From a bacterium (GTDB lineage: Bacteria > Patescibacteriota > CPR2 > UBA1875 > JAJYID01): 64,000 bases of DNA. Numbering within the stretch: position 1 is the first letter of the stretch; every line of letters begins with the position of its first letter. The notes below the pieces were generated by a model. The model worked only from the letters and a program-made list of their open reading frames with translations. It was not told the DNA's origin and did not search any database. The stretch is from contig JAUSJO010000002.1 in NCBI GenBank assembly GCA_030647205.1, positions 241,112-305,111 of the forward strand, in the 5' to 3' direction. Shown piece after piece: positions 47,489 through 57,463 of the stretch. A program made the translations under genes and the position numbers.

Positions 47489-48649
47489 ATGCCTTTTCAA
47501 AGAACAAAAAACATCAACCTTTCTCCAATTAAGGCCATAGAGTTAAAAGCTTCCGGTATTCCGGATGTTATTTCCTTGGCTCAGGGGATTCCTTCATTTG
47601 ATACCCCGGAGGTTATAAAGAAAGCTGCGGCAAAAGCTCTATCCAGAGGTGATGTGGCTAAATATTCATTAACTCTTGGCCTTCCGGAACTACGGGAAAC
47701 AGTTGAGGAGAAAATAGCAAAAGAAGGCATGTTTTATGATTTCGAAAAGGAGATACTCGTCACGGTAGGATCTATCGAAGCGATAACGGCATCGCTTGTA
47801 AGCGCAGTCAATAAAGAGAAGGATGAGGTTTTACTTCTTTCTCCTTGTTATACTTCATATCAAGAGGCAGTGAAGGTTGCAGGCGGGAAGCCGGTTTTTG
47901 TTGAACTCGATGAAAATAAAAATTGGCAAATAAATTTCCAAAAGCTGGAGGAAAAGATAAACTCTAAAACTGCGGCGATACTTTTCGCAAACCCAAACAA
48001 TCCGACGGGAACAATATTTCCAAAAAATGATCTGCTTAAAATAGCGGACTTAGCTTTAAAAAATGATTTTTTCATAATACTCGATGAGGTGTATAAGGAC
48101 TTTATCTATGATGATATCGACTTTTTCACTCTTGCATCAAAGCCGGAGCTGAGGAAAAAAGTCATTAGGGCTTTTAGCTTTTCAAAAGCGTATGCGATGA
48201 CTGGCTGGAGAATAGGCTTTTTGCATACTGATGAGGATAATGTACGGGAAATTGTGAAGGTCCACGATACAATGGTGACCTGTGCTCCCGTTATCTCCCA
48301 GTATGCGGCCATAGGTGCTTTTGACTTTGCTGACAAAGAAATAGAAGAGTTTAAGAAGCAGTTTGTGGTGAGACGAGATCTCGCTTGCAGGCATCTCGAT
48401 AAACTCTCAGAATTTTTGAGCTATAAAAAACCGTCTGGTTCATACTTTGTATTTCCGAAACTTTTGAAAGAAGATGACTCATGGAAATTCACCCTGGATC
48501 TTTTGGAAAAGGCTCATGTGGCTGTGGTTCCCGGGGTGGCATTCGGGCCAAACGGAGAAGGATACATTCGTATCAACTTTGGCAGAGATGAAAAGGACAT
48601 CAATGAAGCATTTAAAAGGATAGGGAAATACTTGAAAGGGAAGAAATGA
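47489..48649 (+). CDS. class I/II PLP-dependent aminotransferase (aspartate-aminotransferase-like)
   Basis: PLP-lysine motif SFSKAYAMTGWRIGF. Confidence 0.85.
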   Translation: MPFQRTKNINLSPIKAIELKASGIPDVISLAQGIPSFDTPEVIKKAAAKALSRGDVAKYSLTLGLPELRETVEEKIAKEGMFYDFEKEILVTVGSIEAITASLVSAVNKEKDEVLLLSPCYTSYQEAVKVAGGKPVFVELDENKNWQINFQKLEEKINSKTAAILFANPNNPTGTIFPKNDLLKIADLALKNDFFIILDEVYKDFIYDDIDFFTLASKPELRKKVIRAFSFSKAYAMTGWRIGFLHTDEDNVREIVKVHDTMVTCAPVISQYAAIGAFDFADKEIEEFKKQFVVRRDLACRHLDKLSEFLSYKKPSGSYFVFPKLLKEDDSWKFTLDLLEKAHVAVVPGVAFGPNGEGYIRINFGRDEKDINEAFKRIGKYLKGKK

Positions 48650-49383
48650 TAAGAAGCATTTCAAAAAAGGCAGTTCAGTTTATATTGAAATGGCAGGCGA
48701 AAGCATACATTCGCATTAAACGGCCATATATTATAATAGTTGCCGGAACAACCTCGCGGTTGTGGGTAAAGGAAAAGGTTGTTGAAGCTTTAAAGAACAA
48801 GAGCCTTAGTGCTAGATCCAATAAGAAAAACTTTAATGCCGAGATCGGTTTGCCTCTTTCTATTTTAGGATTAGAGTCTGGTGAGGGTGATTTTCAGAAA
48901 TGGAGAGAGGTGATCTTTCAAGGATTCAAAAAGATATTAAACCGAGATTCTGGCAAACATTTGGTACTTGAGGCGGCTATTGACCATCCTGAAGATATGA
49001 AATATTTGCTGGGTATTGTCAGACCAAACGCTGTTATTTTGACTACGATTACTATGATATATCAGGAAAACTTTGATGATTTGGATGACATCCAGGTAGA
49101 ATACAAAACGTTAGTTGAGGCGTTGCCTCAAGATGGAGTGCTCATACTAAACAATGATGATGAAAGAGTGAGGGTCTTATCTAGAGGGTATAAGGGCAAA
49201 GTTATTAGTTATGGGATAGATAGGCCGTCAGACCTTAATGCGCTTGATATTAAAAAGGTGGTCGACGGTCAAGAATTTCAAATAGTAGAAAAACATGAAA
49301 AATATCAAAGAAAAATATCTAGATTTGGCAGGCATCATGTCATGGCAGAACTAGTGAAGGTAGCGGTTGAGAGAGAACTCTAG
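48646..49383 (+). CDS. MurF-like Mur-ligase central-domain protein with a degenerate P-loop (truncated, likely non-catalytic)
   Basis: NFNAEIGLPLSIL and LEAAIDHPEDMKYL...PNAVILTTI are collinear with the MurF central domain. The P-loop reads VAGTTSRLW instead of GxxGKT, and the C-terminal domain is absent. Confidence 0.6.
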   Translation: MIRSISKKAVQFILKWQAKAYIRIKRPYIIIVAGTTSRLWVKEKVVEALKNKSLSARSNKKNFNAEIGLPLSILGLESGEGDFQKWREVIFQGFKKILNRDSGKHLVLEAAIDHPEDMKYLLGIVRPNAVILTTITMIYQENFDDLDDIQVEYKTLVEALPQDGVLILNNDDERVRVLSRGYKGKVISYGIDRPSDLNALDIKKVVDGQEFQIVEKHEKYQRKISRFGRHHVMAELVKVAVEREL

Positions 49384-49634
49384 TCTGTTTGCTGTTCTTC
49401 TTGGGGATTGTTGGCGCCCAGATCTTCTCGGTACCCAGCTAAAGCTTCTTGTTCTATGCCTGTCTTGATATCTCTTACTTCTTTTTCGAGATCGGCATTT
49501 GCTTGCTCAAGCTCACTGTCTGCTTGCGCCACCGCATCATTCATTTCGCTTTCAGCTTCATCTGCATGTCCGTCAAGTTCTTCAATGAGCTGATCCAGAC
49601 CTTCACTTAGTTCTTTTAATGACTCTTTTCCCAT
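49380..49634 (-). CDS. hypothetical acidic coiled-coil protein
   Basis: 84-aa ORF in an apparent operon with the two upstream minus-strand genes. Confidence 0.4.
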   Translation of the reverse strand: MGKESLKELSEGLDQLIEELDGHADEAESEMNDAVAQADSELEQANADLEKEVRDIKTGIEQEALAGYREDLGANNPQEEQQTD

Positions 49635-49646
49635 TTTTTCTCCTTT

Positions 49647-50543
49647 CTACTGTCCTTGCTTTTCACTGTTATTATTCTCGAGTTCTTCAAGTTGTTTTTC
49701 GATTATATCCATCTGGCTTCTCAAACGTTCTATAAGTTGTCTGAGTTGTTCCAGTTTTTCTTGCAGCTGCTTTATCATTTCTCCGTTTATTTCTGCGGTT
49801 GATTTTCCGGATTCTTTGGCGTTTTCTCTTTGATCTGAGTCTTTTTCTTTTTTATCAGCGTTTGTGTCTGGTCCACCTTCAGATTCATTCGAATCTTCCT
49901 CGTCGGTGTCTTTGATGGCATCTTTTATATCCTTTGAAAGATCTCTTAGTTTTGATATAACATTTCGGAGACCTTCAACTGAACTATAGTCGCCATTATC
50001 TAATATTTCATTTAGTCTATCTCTAAACTCGTTGCTTTTCTCATCTGTCTCAGATGTTTCAAATACCTTTTTAAACCTTTCCTTAGCTTTGTTAATGGAG
50101 CCCCTAACCTTTTCTCGCATTTTATTTCCGATACTTTCCATTTTCTCTTGAAGTTTGTTTTGTATATTCTGGGCTTTCTCTGCAAACTTAGTGACAACTT
50201 CATTGATTTTGCCTTGAGCGGCTTCGGAAATAGCGCTTCTTCCTCCTTCTGAAAGAGCCCCGACACTTTTATAGAAAATCCCTTCGGCAAAATTCTGAAC
50301 ATCACCGGGGAGGTTCTTTAGACGATCCTTAAAACCCGATAACTTTTCTCTAAATCGGCCTATCTTTTCGGTTATGTTGTTTTTTATTTCGCCGGCTTTT
50401 TCTTTTGCACTGTTTTGTATCTCTCCAACTCTTTCTCTTCCAAAACCTTCCAGTTTGCTTCCAAGGGTGCCTTCTCCTCCCTCTGGCTTTCCCGAAGCTA
50501 TCTCTGGTTCGACACTATGTTCTGTTGGCATTTCTGTTTTCAT
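49647..50543 (-). CDS. hypothetical low-complexity coiled-coil protein
   Basis: 298 aa, rich in K/E/N repeats. No globular motif. Confidence 0.5.
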   Translation of the reverse strand: MKTEMPTEHSVEPEIASGKPEGGEGTLGSKLEGFGRERVGEIQNSAKEKAGEIKNNITEKIGRFREKLSGFKDRLKNLPGDVQNFAEGIFYKSVGALSEGGRSAISEAAQGKINEVVTKFAEKAQNIQNKLQEKMESIGNKMREKVRGSINKAKERFKKVFETSETDEKSNEFRDRLNEILDNGDYSSVEGLRNVISKLRDLSKDIKDAIKDTDEEDSNESEGGPDTNADKKEKDSDQRENAKESGKSTAEINGEMIKQLQEKLEQLRQLIERLRSQMDIIEKQLEELENNNSEKQGQ

Positions 50544-50660
50544 ATGTTCTCCACGAAGTATTATTTTACTAAATTAAAATTTAGAAAAATAAACAATGTT
50601 AGTACTAAGTTACTCTTTAAACTTTAGCACTATAGAGAACTAGCGCAAGAGTTTTTGTGA

Positions 50661-52988
50661 TTATTTTATCTCAAATGAGAGGACTTTTGTCTTGGTTGTG
50701 ACGTAGACTGTGTTGCCTTCAATGACGGTGTACCTGATATCAGTGAAGTCACCTGAAGTATACCTGCCTTTGTACGCGCCGTCTTTGCCGACAACTACCA
50801 CATAGTTGCCTGACTTAGAGGCGATGATGAGATTATCTGTTTCTGTATCCGTGTAGATTAAGTCAGCTGAACTTAAACTTACAGGCAAATCTTTTATAGC
50901 AAAATCCTGTTTTTTGCCGGAGGTAAACTTCATGATGTTTCCGCCGCTTCCCATAACATAAACATCAGAGTCAATTTTGAAAGAAAGCGGGTCTTTCATA
51001 TCTTCCGGGGTTGCCAGGTAGGTTGCTTTTTTACCATATCCGCTTGATGTACGGGTGTGTTTGTAAATCTGGTCTTGGGCTAGCAGATAGAGGGTTGTGC
51101 CGTATGAGTCGATGTCTATGGCCTTCTCCCAACCATCTGAGGCCTTCTTCTCCGTGATTGAGTTGTCTGTAGTGTCAAACTCATAAACGGCAGGTTTGTC
51201 GGTCAGGATTTCTATTACCTTAATCTTGGCAAGAGCCGTGGCTCCAACAACGTTCCCTTCAACTTTTCCGTCAATTTGAAGGCTTGAAACTTTCTTCGAT
51301 TTTTTCTCTATTTTTGATATAGTGCCATCTTTACCTATTGTATAAAAAACATTTCCGACGGAGTAAATACCAACCGCATCAGTCTGGGATACGCTTGAAA
51401 GGTCGGCCAGTACTTCAGGGCTCGCCTGAAAGGTTTGGGTTATTGTACCGAGTTGCTTATTTATTTCGTCCAGTTTTTGTTTAGCTTCTGCAGAATAAAA
51501 TTTGCTCTTTGTAAGACCATCTGCTATTTTTTGGGCATCTTCCAGGTCTGTTGCAGCTTTTTGCTTTTCACCTTGAGATGCGAGCGAACTTGCTTCTGCC
51601 ATTTTCGAATCAATAGTTTGGAGCTGGGCTTTCTCTGCCTTTTTCGTTTTTGCATCGGTTTGTCCGACTTTTGTCATAAAGAGGTAGGGGATAAATATGA
51701 CCAAGATGACAACTCCGATTATCAGGTAGTAGTTTTTCTTCATCTTTATCCTTGGCAGTTTCTTTTTTGTGCGTTTTATTTGTGCCAAGTTTGTTGCCGA
51801 GTCATAAAGGTTGCCGAGATTACTGAGAATAGAGCTTTTTGCCTTTTCCAGCTTTGCTTTATTCGGTGCCTCGTCTTTCTCTCTTATTCTAATCTCAGAC
51901 TTATATGTCGGTTGTTCTTTTAGCTCTTCTAACTCTTCGTGAGTTGTTTCCTCTTCTTTACTGATTTTTTCTTCCGTTTCTTCCAGAACCGGTACTTCTT
52001 CACGCTCAAACCCTTCGATTTCTTCATCTGTATCCATCAAGACGTTCGAATGGCCCTTTTCTTTTTTAATGTATTTAGCATACATATCACCGGATTTTAA
52101 TCTTATGAACCGAGTTGCTGCAGTAGTTTTCGGTGCCAGAGTATTTGTATAGAATTCTCCTAAAATAGCAGCCCCAAGTCGTATGTATTTAAAGATTTTT
52201 TGTAAGACATTAGTTGTTTGTTCTGCCAAGATTTCCTTCTTTGTTGTTCCTTGAAGCCATATCTCGTCCGGTTCGTCATCAAGGGTCTCATTTGCCAGTG
52301 CATCTGGTGTCATAAACTCGGCGATAACTGCAGCATTCTGACCGTAGGAACCGCCCAAGCCCTCTATGAGATCCGCAATGTGCCCAATAGCGACTTTTGG
52401 ATGATATTTCATTATGTACTTTGCTATTTCCTCAGGGGAGCAAGAAGCAAGAATGCCGGAGGAAAGAGCAGATATTTTATCTCCCTCTACTAAATCTCCG
52501 CTCGTGATATTTACGAATGTTCGAAGCGGGTTTACGCTATCGCCGGACAGGTCTTCTGTGATATGGCTTTCTTTGCCGCCTCGATAAAGATAAGCTTCGG
52601 ATTTTCCGGTTTGAGTTATGTGGATTGTATTATCAGTATAAACTGCCAAGATAGCGTTCAGTTTTCCCATCCAGTAAGTCTGCCCGCTGTTTGTGTACTC
52701 GCCAAGCTCTTCATTTATCTTGGAAAGGGCGTTTTCAAAACTTTCAAGAGGGTCTTTATCTAGATCTTGATAATATTCGCCATGAAAAGTGTCTATAATA
52801 AGTTCAATGAGTTCTTCTGAGTTTTTAGGGTTGCCGTTTATATCGATCACACCAAAAAGAATACCGTGCCTTCGCTCATCAGGGTCTTTCGGTTGGTGCT
52901 CGTAGGCGGTAGATATGTTGCTCGAATTTTTTAAATTTTTCGCTTCGCTAGCAAGTTTAGCTGTCCGAAGGGCTAATTTTTTATTCAT
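50661..52988 (-). CDS. membrane protein with an N-terminal PP2C-like (apparently degenerate) phosphatase domain and a C-terminal extracytoplasmic domain
   Basis: HGILFGVIDINGN and NAILAVYTDNTIHITQTGKSEAYLYRGGKESHITEDLS follow PP2C motifs, but GDS is replaced by GKS and SDG by SSG. One TM helix (YYLIIGVVILVIFIPYLFM). About 340 aa of beta-rich C-terminus. Confidence 0.6.
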   Translation of the reverse strand: MNKKLALRTAKLASEAKNLKNSSNISTAYEHQPKDPDERRHGILFGVIDINGNPKNSEELIELIIDTFHGEYYQDLDKDPLESFENALSKINEELGEYTNSGQTYWMGKLNAILAVYTDNTIHITQTGKSEAYLYRGGKESHITEDLSGDSVNPLRTFVNITSGDLVEGDKISALSSGILASCSPEEIAKYIMKYHPKVAIGHIADLIEGLGGSYGQNAAVIAEFMTPDALANETLDDEPDEIWLQGTTKKEILAEQTTNVLQKIFKYIRLGAAILGEFYTNTLAPKTTAATRFIRLKSGDMYAKYIKKEKGHSNVLMDTDEEIEGFEREEVPVLEETEEKISKEEETTHEELEELKEQPTYKSEIRIREKDEAPNKAKLEKAKSSILSNLGNLYDSATNLAQIKRTKKKLPRIKMKKNYYLIIGVVILVIFIPYLFMTKVGQTDAKTKKAEKAQLQTIDSKMAEASSLASQGEKQKAATDLEDAQKIADGLTKSKFYSAEAKQKLDEINKQLGTITQTFQASPEVLADLSSVSQTDAVGIYSVGNVFYTIGKDGTISKIEKKSKKVSSLQIDGKVEGNVVGATALAKIKVIEILTDKPAVYEFDTTDNSITEKKASDGWEKAIDIDSYGTTLYLLAQDQIYKHTRTSSGYGKKATYLATPEDMKDPLSFKIDSDVYVMGSGGNIMKFTSGKKQDFAIKDLPVSLSSADLIYTDTETDNLIIASKSGNYVVVVGKDGAYKGRYTSGDFTDIRYTVIEGNTVYVTTKTKVLSFEIK

Positions 52989-53138
52989 CTGGAAAAGAAT
53001 TTATGAGTAGAATATAGCATCATTTGGGAAAGAGTGCAAGAAGGGAAAGGTTATGATTTTATTGAAAAGAGACCCATTTTATGGTACTATTTTGGTCTGT
53101 TATGCACCTACCCACCACTTTTAGAAGCGAGGTTTACT

Positions 53139-53495
53139 ATGCGGGAGGAGACAAAGGATCTATCAGAAGCAGAAGAAGAGCAGCACGTTTGCGAATTACT
53201 TGAAAGGGGCTTTCGCCAGCAGGTTTTCCACGATATTCTGAAGAAAACCCCAAACGATACCTGGTTTGTGGCTCTGCACTTTAAGGAATATGCTCACGAA
53301 ATTGCTGTGCATCCGGATGTCTCTTTCGAAGACTCAGTCGAGATACTGGAAAAAGTACCTCTGACCAAAGAGCAGATAAACTTTGTCTTCGAAGAGATGA
53401 AAAGTGACGAGTTTGTAAAGCGTGACCTGAGCGATAAGCAGATTGCCAAACTCACCACTGTTGTCGAGGATAAGCTGAAAGTGGCCTTAGCCTAG
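53139..53495 (+). CDS. hypothetical protein
   Basis: Internal ATG of track ORF 53034... 118 aa, acidic. Followed by two hairpins at 53496..53580. Confidence 0.5.
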   Translation: MREETKDLSEAEEEQHVCELLERGFRQQVFHDILKKTPNDTWFVALHFKEYAHEIAVHPDVSFEDSVEILEKVPLTKEQINFVFEEMKSDEFVKRDLSDKQIAKLTTVVEDKLKVALA

Positions 53496-53618
53496 ATAAT
53501 CCCGCAATATTTTATTAGCCGCCAGGATTCGCCTGGCGGGTTGAGCTAAGAGCGAGAGCGATCTCGCTCTTTCATTTTGTCTACTAGATTCATTTTTTAC
53601 CCGTGGTAAAATGGATGC

Positions 53619-56534
53619 ATGGAAGATTTGCTTAGTGGCTTAAATAAAGAACAAAAAGAAGCTGTAATTCATGATGGTGGACCTCTTTTAATCATTGCCG
53701 GAGCGGGGACAGGGAAGACGACCGTTATCACTCGTAGAATTGCTCATTTAATCGCATCCAAGAAAGCTTTGCCATCTGAAATCTTGGCGTTGACATTTAC
53801 CGACAAGGCAGCCGCGGAGATGGAAGAGCGCGTTGATGAACTGGTCCCTTATGGCTTTGTTGATACTTGGATATCTACCTTTCATGCTTTTGGTGACAGA
53901 ATTCTTCGCGATCATGCGCTGGATCTTGGACTCACTACTGATTTCCGTGTTCTTTCTAAGCCCGAGCAGACAATATTTATGCAGGACAATCTTGGCGCAT
54001 TTGATCTTAAATATTTTTCTCCGCTCGGAAATCCGACCAAACACATCGATGCTCTGCTCGGTCATTTTTCAAAACTGAAAGATGAGATTATAACGCCGGC
54101 TGAATATTTGGAATATGCTGATAAGAGACTAAAAAGTGCGAAATCGAGTGATGAAACTCTAGAAGCAGAAAAAACACTGGAAATTGCCAGAACCTACGAA
54201 AGATATCAGGAGCTGATGGCGGAGGCGGGAAATCTCGACTTTGGCGACCAGATAAATATGATTATCAAACTTTTCAAGGATGCTCCGAAAGTTTTAGAAA
54301 AATATCAGAAACAGTTTAAATACATCCTTGTTGATGAGTTTCAGGATACAAACTATGCGCAAAATGAGCTGCTAAAGCTGTTGGCGTCAAAAAGTGGCAA
54401 TATCACTGTGGTTGGAGATGATGATCAGTCGATTTACAGATTTCGCGGTGCGGCTATTTCCAATATTTTATCCTTTACGCGCGTATATCCTAAGTGCAAG
54501 CAGATAGTTTTGACCGAAAACTACAGATCTACCCAAGCGATATTAGACTCAGCTTACAAAATGATAAAACATAATAATCCGGATAGGCTGGAAGTGAAAA
54601 ATAATATTGTGAAGAAGCTGGTTTCCCTGGCCGACACGAGTCGACTCGGGCAGGCAAAAGTTGGCGCCGGCAAAAATCCACCGATTCATATTCATTGCGA
54701 TACCGTAACGTCAGAAGCTGACAAGGTAGCAAATATCATAAAAGAAAAGTATGAATCAGATGAGTATTCGTTTAAAGATTTTGCGATACTAGCGCGTTCT
54801 AGAAACAGTGCCCAAAGTTTCGTTCACGCCTTGGATCATGCCGGCATTCCTTATAAATTCTCCGGTTCGGCCGGACTCTATGATAGGCCGGAAGTGCGCC
54901 TTTTAATCCACTTTGCCCGGACGCTGACAAATCCGGGCGATAATCTGGCGTTTTATCACCTCCTGATTTCCGATGTTTATAATATGCCGGTTGAAGACGC
55001 GGTGAAGTTGAACGAGATTTCACATAAAACGAAAAGAAGCCTGAATCACATTGCCAAGAAAGAAAAGATGGAGATTGCCGACAATTCGCAGGAAATACTA
55101 GATAGGGTTTGCGTGGACGTAGATCATTTTCGCGAAGAATCAAAGGATATGACTGCCGGACAGATACTCTACCTTTTTTTGAAAGAGACGGATTATTTGT
55201 CGAGGCTAGTGACAGAGGCTGAGAACTCAACTGAGGCACAAGTTGCGATACAGAACATTGCCAAGTTCTTTGAGCTTGTTGGCAACTTTGAAAAAGTGTC
55301 AGAGGATAAAAGTATCGTCAACTTTGTTCATCATCTTGGAGCGCTCATGGAGGCTGGCGATGATCCGGCAACGGCCGAGGTAGACCCGGACCTTGAAGCT
55401 GTGAGTATACTGACAGTTCATAAATCAAAAGGTTTGGAGTTTCCGGTTGTATTTCTTGTTTCGCTAGTGAGCGACAGTTTCCCGACAAGGAAAAGAGGCG
55501 AACAGCTTCCGATCCCTGAAGATTTAATCCGCGAAACTTTGCCTGATGGCGACTGGCATCTGCAGGAAGAAAGGCGACTGTTTTATGTAGGTATGACTCG
55601 GGCCAAAGAAATTTTATACTTAACCAGTGCTGAGGATTATGGCGGAAAAAGAGCGAGAAAAGTGTCGCCGTTTGTTTTGGAAGCCATCGATGCGCCATCT
55701 ATTTCAAAAGAAAAAACAAAACTTGATAAGTTAGAGGTAATTAAACGATTTAAAAAGACTCATAAGGTTGAAATGCCAAAGAAATTCTACGATGGGACCG
55801 GAACGTTGACCTTAAATCCGCATCAGATAGACGACTATCTGTCTTGCCCAAAAAAGTTTGAATATATACACGTTTTAAGAGTACCGATAATGACCCATCA
55901 CTCTGTTGTCTATGGTTCGGCGATGCATAAGGCGATCGAAACTTATTTCGTAGCCAAAAAAGCAGGCAAAAAAATATCGGCAGATGATTTGATAGAAGTT
56001 TTTAACAGTAGTTGGTGGAGCGAAGGCTTTATAACCCGCGAGCATGAAGACAAAAGAAAGAAACAAGGAGAAAAGTCATTGAGAGAATTTTTTTCCCGCG
56101 AAGAGGCCGCAAAAAACATCCCTGACGAGATAGAGTCTAAATTTGAGATTCCGATGAAGGATCTCGGAGTTAAAATACGGGGACGATTTGACGCTGTGTA
56201 TGGTGATGCTACAGAAATCCGGGACTTTAAAACTTCAGAAGTTGAGAATCAGGAGCAGGCGGATAAGAAAGCAAAAAGCAATCGCCAGCTCTCAGTTTAT
56301 GCTCTGGCGAAACAGACTGAAACGGGGATTATCCCGGAGGTTTCTCTATATTTTGTAGATTCTGGACTAGTCGGGAAAGTTGAAAAGAAAGAAAAGGATC
56401 TAGATAAAACTCGCGAGGAAATCGAAAGAGTTGCCGAAGGCATTAAAGCAGAAGATTTCAAGGCAGCTCCAGGATATCAGGAGTGCTCCCGATGCGCCTA
56501 CCGCGAGATTTGTCCGTTTACACTTTCCAAATAA
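53619..56534 (+). CDS. UvrD/PcrA-family helicase fused to a C-terminal Cas4/AddB-like PD-(D/E)xK nuclease with Fe-S cysteines
   Basis: LLSGLNKEQKEAV, GAGTGKTTV (Walker A) and helicase motifs through VHKSKGLEFP. The C-terminus carries SCPKKF (Cys1), GRFDAV, EIRDFKTS, QLSVYA and CSRCAYREICP (3 Cys). Confidence 0.85.
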   Translation: MEDLLSGLNKEQKEAVIHDGGPLLIIAGAGTGKTTVITRRIAHLIASKKALPSEILALTFTDKAAAEMEERVDELVPYGFVDTWISTFHAFGDRILRDHALDLGLTTDFRVLSKPEQTIFMQDNLGAFDLKYFSPLGNPTKHIDALLGHFSKLKDEIITPAEYLEYADKRLKSAKSSDETLEAEKTLEIARTYERYQELMAEAGNLDFGDQINMIIKLFKDAPKVLEKYQKQFKYILVDEFQDTNYAQNELLKLLASKSGNITVVGDDDQSIYRFRGAAISNILSFTRVYPKCKQIVLTENYRSTQAILDSAYKMIKHNNPDRLEVKNNIVKKLVSLADTSRLGQAKVGAGKNPPIHIHCDTVTSEADKVANIIKEKYESDEYSFKDFAILARSRNSAQSFVHALDHAGIPYKFSGSAGLYDRPEVRLLIHFARTLTNPGDNLAFYHLLISDVYNMPVEDAVKLNEISHKTKRSLNHIAKKEKMEIADNSQEILDRVCVDVDHFREESKDMTAGQILYLFLKETDYLSRLVTEAENSTEAQVAIQNIAKFFELVGNFEKVSEDKSIVNFVHHLGALMEAGDDPATAEVDPDLEAVSILTVHKSKGLEFPVVFLVSLVSDSFPTRKRGEQLPIPEDLIRETLPDGDWHLQEERRLFYVGMTRAKEILYLTSAEDYGGKRARKVSPFVLEAIDAPSISKEKTKLDKLEVIKRFKKTHKVEMPKKFYDGTGTLTLNPHQIDDYLSCPKKFEYIHVLRVPIMTHHSVVYGSAMHKAIETYFVAKKAGKKISADDLIEVFNSSWWSEGFITREHEDKRKKQGEKSLREFFSREEAAKNIPDEIESKFEIPMKDLGVKIRGRFDAVYGDATEIRDFKTSEVENQEQADKKAKSNRQLSVYALAKQTETGIIPEVSLYFVDSGLVGKVEKKEKDLDKTREEIERVAEGIKAEDFKAAPGYQECSRCAYREICPFTLSK

Positions 56535-56553
56535 TGATAAATTTAATAAACTG

Positions 56554-57378
56554 ATGGATACCCTAGACAAAATTAATATTCAAGGCCAAGAATACCCTGT
56601 TTCTATACTTCAAAAAATGGATAGGGATGCATTATATTTAGGGGCAATATTAAATAATCTATTAAGTTTGGAATATAAATTAAGAGATTACGTAAATCTA
56701 AGAGAGATTATATCCATTAAGGATAGTAATGAAAGAACGAAAGTAGCGAGAGCTTACTTTTTAGGACCTAGAAAATTCAAAAATCTTAAGGATGGGGAAT
56801 ATACTGATTTAAAAGAAGGCGAAATAATTGAAAATCTCTCTGTACTAGAAACTTTTGGTAAAATAGTCTCGAAGTTTAATTGCTATAAAACTATAATTAC
56901 TCCAGAAGAGCTCTCAATGGCAAAAAAATTAAGAAATGATCTAGCCCATGGAAGAATTTCAATCGCAGATATAACCAAACTTCCCCCGGGGACAGATCTT
57001 GATAATAGTGAATTTGAGCTTTTTAAGAGCGATGCTATTTTAAAAGAGACAATTAAATTAGAAGAAATACCCCAAAAGTATCAAAAGATGGCTAGAGAGA
57101 TTGAAGATAGTATTGAAAGGGAAGAATGGGACAAACTTTACAAAAAAAGAAAAAATCTTTATTTGAATGGTTATTTGATAGAGAAAAGAGGAGACGAAAT
57201 TCTTGTTTTGAAAATTGAAGAGCAAGAAAAACTAGTCACTAGGATTAAACTAACTGATGATGAACTGAAAAGGATGCTGAAAGATTTAAGTACTATCTAT
57301 AAAAAGATAGAGAAACTAATAGAGCCGTTGGAAGAAAAATTAGTAAAAGAACTAGAATTGGACGACATTAATTTTTAA
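56554..57378 (+). CDS. HEPN-like (Rx4H motif) protein, candidate Abi-type RNase, in an AT-rich segment
   Basis: Internal ATG 20 bp after the helicase stop. The track ORF 56431.. starts inside the helicase. Contains KKLRNDLAHG (R-x4-H). Local GC is far below its neighbours. C-terminal K/E-rich coiled-coil. Confidence 0.55.
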   Translation: MDTLDKINIQGQEYPVSILQKMDRDALYLGAILNNLLSLEYKLRDYVNLREIISIKDSNERTKVARAYFLGPRKFKNLKDGEYTDLKEGEIIENLSVLETFGKIVSKFNCYKTIITPEELSMAKKLRNDLAHGRISIADITKLPPGTDLDNSEFELFKSDAILKETIKLEEIPQKYQKMAREIEDSIEREEWDKLYKKRKNLYLNGYLIEKRGDEILVLKIEEQEKLVTRIKLTDDELKRMLKDLSTIYKKIEKLIEPLEEKLVKELELDDINF

Positions 57379-57463
57379 TCCAAGCTCTAAGGGAAAGGGC
57401 TTTTCTTAGGTGACGCAACTTGTTGCTATAGCGCTAAGTTGTGTCATTTGTTTTCTCGGTTGT

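Noticed and set aside
56431-56553. Track start of ORF 56431..57378, 100 bp inside the helicase gene
   Set aside because: It overlaps the 3' end of the helicase-nuclease in another frame. The in-frame ATG at 56554, 20 bp after the helicase stop, is the more plausible start.
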